Virus record (IMG/VR): IMGVR_UViG_3300031111_000008
Coordinates: 1 to 64,000 of that record
Length of the DNA stretch: 64,000 bases
DNA from: a virus
Reading direction: 5' to 3' (one strand)
Of this stretch, positions 1-8,565 are shown in pieces. The position numbers and the translations under genes are program-made. Position 1 is the stretch's first letter. Each line of letters begins with the position of its first letter. The notes below the pieces were generated by a model. It ran no database searches. It was not told where the DNA came from and saw only the letters and a list, made by a program, of their open reading frames with translations.

Positions 1-181
1 CAGCCTGCCGTCCTGGCGTCCAGCCTGCCGTCCTGGCGTCCAGCCTGCCGTCCTGGCGTCCAGCCTGCCGTCCTGGCGTCCAGCCTGCCGTCCTGGCGTC
101 CAGCCTGCCGTCCTGGCGTCCAGCCTGCCGTCCTGGCGTCCAGCCTGGCGTCCTGGCGTCCAGCCTGCCGTCCAGCCTGCC
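1..181. repeat. 20-bp tandem repeat CAGCCTGCCGTCCTGGCGTC (7 perfect copies, 1 variant, partials; runs off the left edge)
   Basis: Direct reading: identical units at 1-140, variant at 141-160, partial units to 181. Confidence 0.98.
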
Positions 182-412
182 ACCGTCGGCAAGATGACCA
201 TAGTCAATTGTTGGCATTCTCTCGGATCCGCAGACCCTACGTTTCACGAGGTTTCCCGCTTGCCTAGATTCCGATCAGCTATGCCACCCTATAAGGCACA
301 TGCCCCTCTACCAGGGGGGTATGGGGGGTCCGGAACTAAGGAGGGTCCCTCGTCGGGCCGGCGGAAGCTGCCTCCCAAATAATTTTTCCATTTTCACTGG
401 CTCTGCCCTTGA

Positions 413-447
413 TCGGCTTTTTCGTCGGCTTTTTCGTCGGCTTTTCC
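413..447. repeat. 12-bp tandem repeat TCGGCTTTTTCG, about 3 copies
   Basis: Copies at 413-424, 425-436 and partial 437-447. Confidence 0.9.
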
Positions 448-748
448 AGGGACTTCGTTTACGTTTGCATACAGGCTTCTCTCCCACAGGAACATCTTTC
501 TTCTCCCCGCAGTTTCCTTCTCCTCCACTACACACAGAGGATTCCTTTCCTACCAGAGGCTTTCTCCTTTCCTGCTAGTTCCGCTTGTGTTCCTTTCCTT
601 CTTCCATGGGGTTTCCTTCCTTTTGCTACTTCCTTTTTCCTGGGACTCCTGCTTATCCATTTGCTTTCTGGTTTCTGGTTTTTCTGCATTTGATTTTTAG
701 AAAATTGGGGTTTTTCGTGGCTATTTTGGTGAAGTGCTTTTTGTGGTA

Positions 749-777
749 TTGCTTATTTCCTGATTTTGTGGTAGGAT
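749..777 (+). promoter_or_regulatory. sigma70-type promoter
   Basis: TTGCTT-17 bp-TAGGAT with extended TG. Confidence 0.5.
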
Positions 778-939
778 AGTTGGTGGAAGTTAGGAGTGAA
801 TGCTTCGATTCAGTTGGAGACTACGAAAGAGGAGAGAACCGTGAAGTGATTGTTTTTGCGTGCTGCATTGTTTTGGGGCTCCCGTCGAGACTCTGTGGGG
901 GATTTTCGGCGGGAGTTTTTTATGCGCTTGTGTGAAAGG

Positions 940-968
940 TTGATTTGTTCCTGGATTTCTGCTATACT
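940..968 (+). promoter_or_regulatory. sigma70-type promoter for GNAT/terS
   Basis: TTGATT-17 bp-TATACT with extended TG, about 45 bp before ATG 1013. Confidence 0.65.
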
Positions 969-1012
969 GGTTGGTGGGACAAAGCTTTACTATTGTGGGA
1001 GGACTAGGAAAG

Positions 1013-1513
1013 ATGGTTAGAACAGCTATTTTCACTCGCTGGCTCGTGAAGACGGATCTTCCTTTTTTGGGAAGGATCGACAAAGAGGTTTTTTCCGATC
1101 CTTGGAGCATGAAGGATTTTTTCAAGGTTCTTAGAGTTCCTTCCATGAGGATTCAGGTCGTTGGTATAGAGCATAGAAGAGAGCAGGAGTTGGTTGGGTA
1201 CATCGTCTATCGTTTCCGGAAGAAGCTGTTTGTGGTTTATCGGGTGGCTGCGATTAGGCAGCGGGAAGGTTTTGGCGGGCTGTTGCTGGATTGTGTAAAA
1301 AAGAAGCTTTCCAGGGAGAGGCGGGATAGAATTGAGGTAAATGTTCCCGAAGAGAATTTGGGAGCGCAGCTGTTCTTCCGCGAGTCGGGTTTTCGCTGGG
1401 TGCGGACGGATTGCTTTGAGGGGATGGATTACTACAACATGATCTACTCTTTGCCAAGTTTTGTTGAGCAGAAGAGGTTCGGTTTTCTGGAAACCAATGG
1501 GAAAAGAAGGTGA
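1013..1513 (+). CDS. RimI-like GNAT acetyltransferase
   Basis: PWS, VGYIVY, RQREGFG (acetyl-CoA motif A), NLGAQLFFRESGF; resembles planctomycete RimI. Confidence 0.85.
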   Translation: MVRTAIFTRWLVKTDLPFLGRIDKEVFSDPWSMKDFFKVLRVPSMRIQVVGIEHRREQELVGYIVYRFRKKLFVVYRVAAIRQREGFGGLLLDCVKKKLSRERRDRIEVNVPEENLGAQLFFRESGFRWVRTDCFEGMDYYNMIYSLPSFVEQKRFGFLETNGKRR

Positions 1514-1518
1514 GCCAG

Positions 1519-2268
1519 ATGGCTAAGAGCAAACAACTCACAAACCGTAAATCCAAACCCATTGCTCCCAATCTTCGCCGCGCGGTGGGGTTGGAAAGAG
1601 AACGGATGGTTCGTAATTTGCTGGTTAAGGATAGCCTCGATCTCGAAGAAATTGCTGCCGTGATGGATCTTCCTATCAAGCAGGTAAGGAAGATCTACAA
1701 GACGATTTGCGACAAGTGGGAAGCTTCCGAAGCCTACTCGGGAAAGAAGGCTCTCATTCGCCGTCTGGAGCAGCTTGAGGATATTCGCAGGGAAAGCCTC
1801 AAGGGATGGGAGAGGAGTACCGAGGACGACGTGGAGGAGATTAGTACTACCAAACAGGAGAAGTGTCCTTCCTGTAAAGGGAAGGGCGAGGATAAGGAGG
1901 GAAATTTTTGCGAACGTTGTGACGGCGAGGGTTTTCTTGAACTGAAGGTCAAGACCAAGAAGGTTCGAGGGCAGGCGGGCAATCCGAGCTTCATCAAGGA
2001 AATGCGGGAAGCCGTCAAGCTGTCGTCGGTTTTGGAAGGACATTCTCCAACGAAGAAAGTTGAACATAGCCATTCGGGACAGATCGCCCACGCTCATGCT
2101 CACATCGAGATTTCGGACGATAACAAATTCAAGGATGCTCCTCCCGAGTTGATTTTGGAATACAAATCTTTGATGAGCAAGTTTGATGATTCCAAGAAGG
2201 AGGGTGATGGGGAAGTAATCGATGTTCCTTGTATTGAGGCAGAGATCGTGGAGGATGACGATGAATGA
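1519..2268 (+). CDS. putative terminase small subunit with HTH and DnaJ-type zinc finger
   Basis: LEEIAAVMDLP HTH, CPSCKGKG...CERCDGEG, GQAGNPSF, position upstream of TerL. Confidence 0.65.
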   Translation: MAKSKQLTNRKSKPIAPNLRRAVGLERERMVRNLLVKDSLDLEEIAAVMDLPIKQVRKIYKTICDKWEASEAYSGKKALIRRLEQLEDIRRESLKGWERSTEDDVEEISTTKQEKCPSCKGKGEDKEGNFCERCDGEGFLELKVKTKKVRGQAGNPSFIKEMREAVKLSSVLEGHSPTKKVEHSHSGQIAHAHAHIEISDDNKFKDAPPELILEYKSLMSKFDDSKKEGDGEVIDVPCIEAEIVEDDDE

Positions 2269-2695
2269 GAGAGGGGACGGTACTTTCAAGATGGGTGGCA
2301 AGAAGTACGAGCTGAAGAAGTGGGATACGGTTTATTCCGCCGAGGAGGCAAAGGAGTGCTTGGAATCTGCCCATTCAATTTGGGATGCTTATGATCTTGG
2401 TTGGGATAGTTTTTTTGCCGAGTTGAAAATACCATCTTTGCCTGCACCGAAACTTTCGTCTGGTGAAAATGCAACCGCTTGCGATCCTTCTGTGTATGCG
2501 TGTGGGATTTCTCCCGTTCTTTTTGAATACAGAAAGTTGAAATGGGAGCTGAAAGTTGTTGCGGTAATAAGGCAGCTTCCCGCTGAGTTTCGCAGCTACA
2601 AGTTGGCAGAACGTCTCCACTTGCAGCAAGGTTGTTTTGATCGGAGTATTGACGCAATCCATCGTTATTGTCATCGGCGTGAGCAATTGATTTAG
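2261..2695 (+). CDS. hypothetical protein
   Basis: ORF coupled to terS stop, GGAGG RBS. Confidence 0.6.
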   Translation: MNERGDGTFKMGGKKYELKKWDTVYSAEEAKECLESAHSIWDAYDLGWDSFFAELKIPSLPAPKLSSGENATACDPSVYACGISPVLFEYRKLKWELKVVAVIRQLPAEFRSYKLAERLHLQQGCFDRSIDAIHRYCHRREQLI

Positions 2696-2703
2696 AGTAG
2701 GGT

Positions 2704-2732
2704 TTGACAATCCCCCGCTGTTGGGTTATCCT
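2704..2732 (+). promoter_or_regulatory. sigma70-type promoter for terL
   Basis: TTGACA-17 bp-TATCCT, followed by AGGAGG RBS. Confidence 0.65.
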
Positions 2733-2753
2733 TTCAAAAAAGGAGGAAACCCA

Positions 2754-4349
2754 ATGGTGAAAAAGCAAGCACTCAGCGAACGCGATCAGCTGGAGGAAGC
2801 CTACCGCTCAAGATCGGCGGAAGACTTTCTCCTTTTTTGTTTAGGTCTCACAATAGCTTCGGCGTCTGGTCCGAAGCTTTTTAGGGACTGCATTCACGAT
2901 TTTCAATTGGAATGCTTCCGCGATCTCGCCCCAGCTCTCCACGCTCTACGTGATGGCGAGATGCCCGAGTGCCGCCGATTTTGGATCGAGCGGACGAAGA
3001 AGTCATCCAAGGATGCCGATCTTGCGATTTGCCTACTTTGGCTGATTGCCTTTGTGCGGCGTCCTTTCCTTGTGCAAGTCTGCGCAGCCAACAAGAAGCA
3101 GGCGGGCATTATCAAGCGGCGGATTGCGGCTCTTATCCATTTCAATTATTGGCTAGCTGATTTGGTGAAGATCCAGCAGAACAGAGTAATTTCCGCAGAG
3201 GGAGAAGAATTAGGACAGGTTGTCATTGAGTCTACCGACACGGATGGCGGTGCTCATGGCGAAACTCCAGACCTGCTTATTTTGAACGAATTGGTACATG
3301 TTGCCCGCTGGCCCGTCATGGAAACCCACATGAACAATGCCAGTGGGGTTCCCCGAGGTGTGGTGATTGTTTCTACCAATGCCGGGATCAAAGGGACGAA
3401 AGCGCACACTTGGCGTGAGAGTTTTGTTACGAATAGGGATCCCCAATGGCACTCTCATGTTTGGTCTGAGGCTTCTCCTTGGTTGAATCCAAAAGATATT
3501 GAGGCGATGAGAAAGCTAGATCCTATTGGGAGTGAATACCGAAGGTTGTGGGAAGGAGTTTGGGTCACTGGTGCCGGTGATGCAATTGATGAGCAGAGTA
3601 TTGATAGGGCTTTCATTTTGGATGGTCCCTTGGAGGAGAGGGAACAAGGTTGGTTTTATATTGGCGGGTTGGATTTGGGAGTTTCTCGGGATCATGCGGG
3701 CGTGAGTGTGCTGGGAGTCAATCCCGCCGAGCAGAGGGTCAGAGTTGCTTATATCAGGGCTTTCGTTCCGTCTGTGAAGAATGATAAAGGCACTTTGGAA
3801 GTCGATTCTCATGCAGTGGAGAGAACGTGCATCCATCTTTGGAGGACGTTTCTCATCGACTGGTTTGGCTATGATCCTGCGGCGGGGGGGTCATTCATGG
3901 CTCAGCGACTTCGCCGGGCAGGTTTGCCCATGAGGGAGTGGACATTTGCGTCTCCCTCGAACACTACGGACATGGCCCAATCCTTTGTGCAGCTGCTAAA
4001 GGACGGGAAGTTGGAGTGCTACGATGATGAGGAAGGTCGTTTGCGACGTGACTTCAAAAAGTTTTTCATCACTTACAAACCCCCGTCTACCTACAAGTTG
4101 GAAGCTGTTTCCGACGAGACGGGGCACGCGGATGTGGGGGTGGCTACGATCATTCCCATGCCGCAAGCCATTGAGCGGTTGAAGTATTGGGAGGGATTGA
4201 CTCCCGACGACGTTCTTTACAACGAGGATGATGAGAAAGTCTTCAATGAGGAGGAATTGGAGCGGCTGCCGTTGGAAATGAGGGAGGTTTACGACACCAT
4301 AAAGCCTGTAGAGGCAACAGCTTTCGACGATTTTGATGGTGTTTTCTAA
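2754..4349 (+). CDS. terminase large subunit
   Basis: ATPase layout (ERTKKSSKD, HGETPDLLILNE, VSTNAG), RLWEGVW, RNase H-like nuclease GLDLGVSRDH...GYDP...HAD. Confidence 0.85.
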   Translation: MVKKQALSERDQLEEAYRSRSAEDFLLFCLGLTIASASGPKLFRDCIHDFQLECFRDLAPALHALRDGEMPECRRFWIERTKKSSKDADLAICLLWLIAFVRRPFLVQVCAANKKQAGIIKRRIAALIHFNYWLADLVKIQQNRVISAEGEELGQVVIESTDTDGGAHGETPDLLILNELVHVARWPVMETHMNNASGVPRGVVIVSTNAGIKGTKAHTWRESFVTNRDPQWHSHVWSEASPWLNPKDIEAMRKLDPIGSEYRRLWEGVWVTGAGDAIDEQSIDRAFILDGPLEEREQGWFYIGGLDLGVSRDHAGVSVLGVNPAEQRVRVAYIRAFVPSVKNDKGTLEVDSHAVERTCIHLWRTFLIDWFGYDPAAGGSFMAQRLRRAGLPMREWTFASPSNTTDMAQSFVQLLKDGKLECYDDEEGRLRRDFKKFFITYKPPSTYKLEAVSDETGHADVGVATIIPMPQAIERLKYWEGLTPDDVLYNEDDEKVFNEEELERLPLEMREVYDTIKPVEATAFDDFDGVF

Positions 4350-4356
4350 GGTTTTC

Positions 4357-4385
4357 TTGGCAGAAGTAAGTAGGTAGTGTATAAT
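4357..4385 (+). promoter_or_regulatory. sigma70-type promoter
   Basis: TTGGCA-17 bp-TATAAT. Confidence 0.65.
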
Positions 4386-4466
4386 TTGGAGGTTTGACGC
4401 GGATGTTATTTTGGGGACATTCTGCGAAAATTTTTGTTTTGCGACACTAAACCAAGGAGACAAGTG

Positions 4467-4787
4467 ATGGCTGATGAAATGACGTTGAGCCGTAGAGATG
4501 CCCGTAAGGTCGAACAGGCCGAGAAGGGTTTGCGGAGGTTTATTAAGCGACGGCGAGAGCGTCGGGAATTGGGGATCACGTTCGCCAATGTGGTCGCCGT
4601 GGCCAGGAAGCAGTCGAGAGATGGGGTCAAGGTTACTGCCGATACGATCCGCGATGAGATTATCGGTGACAACTTGGATCTGGTGGAACGTGTGGGGGAA
4701 CGGGACTGGGCGTCGTTTTTGGAAGCTCTGATGAAATTCATCGAGGCGATCATGCCGTTCTTGCAGATGTTCTTCGCGTTTGCGTAG
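4467..4787 (+). CDS. hypothetical protein with C-terminal amphipathic helix
   Basis: AGGAG RBS; DWASFLEALMKFIEAIMPFLQMFF. Confidence 0.75.
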   Translation: MADEMTLSRRDARKVEQAEKGLRRFIKRRRERRELGITFANVVAVARKQSRDGVKVTADTIRDEIIGDNLDLVERVGERDWASFLEALMKFIEAIMPFLQMFFAFA

Positions 4788-4833
4788 GATAACCTCTTCA
4801 ACAAAATGCGAGTTTTGAGGTGGGTGTGAAACG

Positions 4834-5730
4834 ATGAAAGACGCGATTTTTGAAGCTGTTTGTTGCCTGCTGTTCGCCGTGGGGCTGGCCGTGGTGGTGC
4901 CCAGCGAAGCAGCCGAGAATTTGGCACCCAGAGCAGATCCGAAGCCTCCAGTCGCGGTTGAGACCCCCACTGAAATTACGGTGCCGCCAAAACCGAAGAA
5001 GGTAGTAACATTCAAAGGTGATGTTACTCCCAAGTCCCCAACGGATTCTGGCACACTGGAAATCGCCGGTCCTGGGGAGCCGATAGATGTTGGCGAGGAA
5101 GTCTATTTGCGGATTAGGGGGTTGACGCTGGCCGAAGTTGAGGAAGCTCAGGATAAAGAGCTTTTCGACATGACGGCTTATCCGCTACGAGGGCTGAAGA
5201 TTAAAGCATCTTACGACTGGATGTTTCGGACGCTCGATCTTGAGTTCAGAGCAAAGCATCCAGGCAGCTATCTTATTAAAATGCATCTTGTCAGGGATGG
5301 CAAATTGGAGATAGCCGCTATCGAGGTTACGGTGGTTGGGGATAATCCAGATCCAGATCCGGACCCAGATCCGGACCCAGATCCAAATCCAGATCCGGAC
5401 CCTACGCCTCCCTCTCTGGACGACCTCTCAGTGATATTACTGGAAGAGGCCGACGACAGGATGAAGGGTCTGGAGGGGGCGAGGCTGAATCAGCATGTTT
5501 TTCTGGTACAAGAGTACCTATCGACTTTATCCCTGAATCAAGTCCAGACGATGGACGACGATCTTCCAGCGGCGAAACCCTTTATCTCCTTCCTCAACGA
5601 CCAGAAGGTGACGCAACGCCCAGTGCTTGTGATACGTGACGACCGCAACAATACGGCGGTCGCCGTACCATTTGGAGAAGACGTTGAGGAAACTATCGAC
5701 AAGCTCAAAGAAGCGGGGGTAAAGAAATGA
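4834..5730 (+). CDS. exported protein with Pro-Asp linker
   Basis: N-terminal signal peptide; (DP)n linker at 5341-5403 joining two domains. Confidence 0.8.
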   Translation: MKDAIFEAVCCLLFAVGLAVVVPSEAAENLAPRADPKPPVAVETPTEITVPPKPKKVVTFKGDVTPKSPTDSGTLEIAGPGEPIDVGEEVYLRIRGLTLAEVEEAQDKELFDMTAYPLRGLKIKASYDWMFRTLDLEFRAKHPGSYLIKMHLVRDGKLEIAAIEVTVVGDNPDPDPDPDPDPDPNPDPDPTPPSLDDLSVILLEEADDRMKGLEGARLNQHVFLVQEYLSTLSLNQVQTMDDDLPAAKPFISFLNDQKVTQRPVLVIRDDRNNTAVAVPFGEDVEETIDKLKEAGVKK

Positions 5731-6647
5731 CACCAGTGCGAAGACGAGCCAATCGCCGTCTAGTGAGGTGGAGGGGAGAATATCCCGATGGCAGGAAGCC
5801 GGGTTTGAAGGAAGACAGTCCATCCAAGATTATGGATTGCTGTGATCCGATTGTGGATAACGATTATTTCGAGCCAATACATGAGGATCATTGGTCAGAG
5901 CTTTGCAATACGGCGGTTCACAAGTCTCGTGAACAACGTTATCGGTGGACGCTAGATCAGAATGGAAGAGGTTCTTGCGGAGCCGAGTGCGTTCATCACG
6001 GAAGGCACGCTAACGAAACCCGCCAAGATCCAGGTGGGTTTGGTGTGTTGACAAATCCATGGGGCACTTATCGAATCACGTCGGGAGGAAGAGACAACGG
6101 TTCGGTTATTCGAGAGAACGTCGAATTGATAATGAGGGATGGGTGTCATCCTGAAGAGTTGCATCCTCGATCTTTGGGATGGCGTGCCGAGCCTAGCGCT
6201 GAAGCCAATCGCGTGGCCAAGTTGCTTACCCTTAAGGAATTTTACTACATCGAACGGATCTCGGATATGATCTCGGCTTTGTTGCAGGGATTCGAGGTCA
6301 TCGGAGGTTATGCGGGGCACGCGATTTCTTTTTGTCAGTACATGGGTCGAGGGTTGGTCAAGTATAAGAATTCTTGGGGTGATTGGGGTGCGTATGGATT
6401 TGGTACTTTGGCGACTAGGGATGTGTATTTGGGTTATGGGTTGTTTGCATTCAAGTCGGTTTCCATTCTGGATCCTGATGATTGGTCGCCCAGGTACGAT
6501 CAAGCCGATTTGGCTCGACGAGTGAATCGATTCATGAGCGATGTGAACGGAGTCGAGAGAGCTGGATCATCGCGTGTTTGGAGTAGGAAGAGTTGGTTAG
6601 AGGATTTGTACAATCAGCATTTGGCCGGCTGTGAGTTAGCTTTGTAA
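5727..6647 (+). CDS. papain-like (C1) cysteine peptidase
   Basis: DQNGRGSC (Gln/Cys), GHAI (His), KNSWGDWG (Asn). Confidence 0.85.
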   Translation: MTPVRRRANRRLVRWRGEYPDGRKPGLKEDSPSKIMDCCDPIVDNDYFEPIHEDHWSELCNTAVHKSREQRYRWTLDQNGRGSCGAECVHHGRHANETRQDPGGFGVLTNPWGTYRITSGGRDNGSVIRENVELIMRDGCHPEELHPRSLGWRAEPSAEANRVAKLLTLKEFYYIERISDMISALLQGFEVIGGYAGHAISFCQYMGRGLVKYKNSWGDWGAYGFGTLATRDVYLGYGLFAFKSVSILDPDDWSPRYDQADLARRVNRFMSDVNGVERAGSSRVWSRKSWLEDLYNQHLAGCELAL

Positions 6648-6664
6648 ATCAAGGGAGAATTGAG

Positions 6665-6940
6665 ATGTTGAACGCAGTAATGATAGTAGCCTTAACCATC
6701 GGCACCACCGAGACCATCGAGCTGCCAGTGGTGGCCATCGTGGCGGCCCCGGTGCGAATCGTGCGAGACGTACAGCCGGTGCGAAGTGTGATTCGCGCCA
6801 AGCCGGCAAGGCGAGTTGCGGGCGCGGTGTTGAGCGTACGTCCCCTGCGAGCCGCCAAGCAATTCATCGGCAAGCGTGTCGAGGGTGTGCGGGAACGGGT
6901 TGCCAATCGCCAGACTCGGCGGACGATGCGGAGACAGTGA
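6665..6940 (+). CDS. small Arg/Val-rich protein with hydrophobic N-terminus
   Basis: GGGAG RBS; signal-like N-terminus. Confidence 0.6.
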   Translation: MLNAVMIVALTIGTTETIELPVVAIVAAPVRIVRDVQPVRSVIRAKPARRVAGAVLSVRPLRAAKQFIGKRVEGVRERVANRQTRRTMRRQ

Positions 6941-6941
6941 G

Positions 6942-7100
6942 ATGGACGAACGGAAGCGGATACTGGAGGCTGCCAGAGAGGCTGCACGGATTGTGAAGAC
7001 GTGGCCTCTATGGAAGCAGAATCTGCTAATGAACAGCCTGAGCCCCACCTGCCCGACACGGAAGCCGGTAACTAGACGTGATGCGGAGGCAGTGAAGTGA
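6942..7100 (+). CDS. small hypothetical protein
   Basis: Coupled ORF MDERKRILE... Confidence 0.5.
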   Translation: MDERKRILEAAREAARIVKTWPLWKQNLLMNSLSPTCPTRKPVTRRDAEAVK

Positions 7101-7153
7101 CCCGATATTGTAGGGACATTCGCAACGATTCGCCAACTACGAAAGGTTAGGCT

Positions 7154-7546
7154 ATGCCCGACGGAAATGGAAACGGTAACATGACGATCCTCAAATTCCT
7201 CGGCATGGTACTCGAAAAGGGCGGTCTCAACGGCCTGATCCTGATCGCGTTTCTCTGGTGTGGGATCAACTCGTATAATGCGATGCAGGCGAGAGATGTT
7301 GAACTCGTGAAATCGTTGAACGGGGCAGTCGAGCAAAACCGCAAATCACTGGAGACGATTGCGGGTGCCACGGCTGCGATGGCCCAGAACACCGGTAACA
7401 CGGAGAGGACGTTACTCTCGTTGGACGAAGAGATGGCAGAGTTTCGGCTTGACGTACGACGGGACCATGCCACGACGGACGACCTTGTCCAGCAGATCAA
7501 GCAGGATACGATTACGATTATCAAGAACACTAATCCGGGCAGTTAA
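7154..7546 (+). CDS. single-TM coiled-coil protein, holin-like candidate
   Basis: GLILIAFLWCG transmembrane segment followed by coiled coil. Confidence 0.55.
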   Translation: MPDGNGNGNMTILKFLGMVLEKGGLNGLILIAFLWCGINSYNAMQARDVELVKSLNGAVEQNRKSLETIAGATAAMAQNTGNTERTLLSLDEEMAEFRLDVRRDHATTDDLVQQIKQDTITIIKNTNPGS

Positions 7547-7574
7547 TTCCCGGTCAATTATAGGAGAATAACCG

Positions 7575-8102
7575 ATGTCAATGACTGAAGATCAGAAACA
7601 AACGTATGCGGCATTCCTGGAAGCCAGCACGGATCAGACGGTGATTGATGCTCTGGCGGCGGGAAACAACAATGCTCTTGTGACGTGGTCCAATCAAGAG
7701 GCAGACCCGACGTTCTGGGTGTTTATGAACTCCGTCAGCGTTGACGAGGTGCGGCGTTCACTCGATTGGTCGGAAGTGCTGCACGGTACTACCGGCCTCA
7801 CCGAGTTGCAGCAGTTCGGCTTCGATGCTCTGCTGCACAATGGCACGTACGATCCCAGCGAAGAAAACAACCGAGAAGGGTTAACCAAAATCTTCCCGGT
7901 TACAATGCCTAACACGCGGGCTGCCGTGTTGAACGACGCGGTACGTCATGCAACGAACGCGGAGCAGGTATTTGCGGTGGAAGCGTCTGGTCCAGCAGGC
8001 GGTGACGGTTCCGCCAAGGCCCAAGCGGCTATCGCTGAATTTTACAGCAGCGTGTCCCTGCAAGATATTCGAGACGTGGTTGCTATCATCAACGCGGAGT
8101 AA
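7575..8102 (+). CDS. hypothetical virion-associated protein
   Basis: AGGAG RBS; acidic Ala-rich ORF in structural block. Confidence 0.7.
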   Translation: MSMTEDQKQTYAAFLEASTDQTVIDALAAGNNNALVTWSNQEADPTFWVFMNSVSVDEVRRSLDWSEVLHGTTGLTELQQFGFDALLHNGTYDPSEENNREGLTKIFPVTMPNTRAAVLNDAVRHATNAEQVFAVEASGPAGGDGSAKAQAAIAEFYSSVSLQDIRDVVAIINAE

Positions 8103-8105
8103 GTC

Positions 8106-8564
8106 ATGGCACTTCCAAACTTCTACAAACTGCACATGTTCAACGATACCGGCGTCACGCTGGATTTTTCCGTTGATGACACTATTGAAGTCGTTGGACT
8201 ACCGTGGAAGCGAGTTGATGGCGATTTGACGTATGGTTCTGCCATCACGCTACTGTCTACGAGTGCCGACCTAGCCGACCAAGCACAGGTTGAAGGGTCA
8301 GAGATTGACAATACCACTAACTTGTACGACGGGCTATTCGTCAAGGTTAAGCTGACCTCGGACGATTCGCCAGATGGGAATATCCTGTTTTACCTGGAGT
8401 GGAATTCAGAAGACTCGTCAGGCCAAAACGACTACCCAAGTGATGCTACGGATTTCGATGCCGCCAGGATGGATACGGACTTGACGTTGGTGGGGATACT
8501 GACTCCGGAAGGTGCAGCCGACGATCAAGTAGCAACCAATTTTATCATCTCGTTTGCTGGTTAA
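8106..8564 (+). CDS. hypothetical beta-rich virion-associated protein
   Basis: Coupled ORF; composition. Confidence 0.7.
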   Translation: MALPNFYKLHMFNDTGVTLDFSVDDTIEVVGLPWKRVDGDLTYGSAITLLSTSADLADQAQVEGSEIDNTTNLYDGLFVKVKLTSDDSPDGNILFYLEWNSEDSSGQNDYPSDATDFDAARMDTDLTLVGILTPEGAADDQVATNFIISFAG

Positions 8565-8565
8565 T

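Noticed and set aside
194-1146. Short ORFs in the left-end region
   Set aside because: Low-complexity Phe/Leu or Lys/Arg translations of pyrimidine tracts, without RBS
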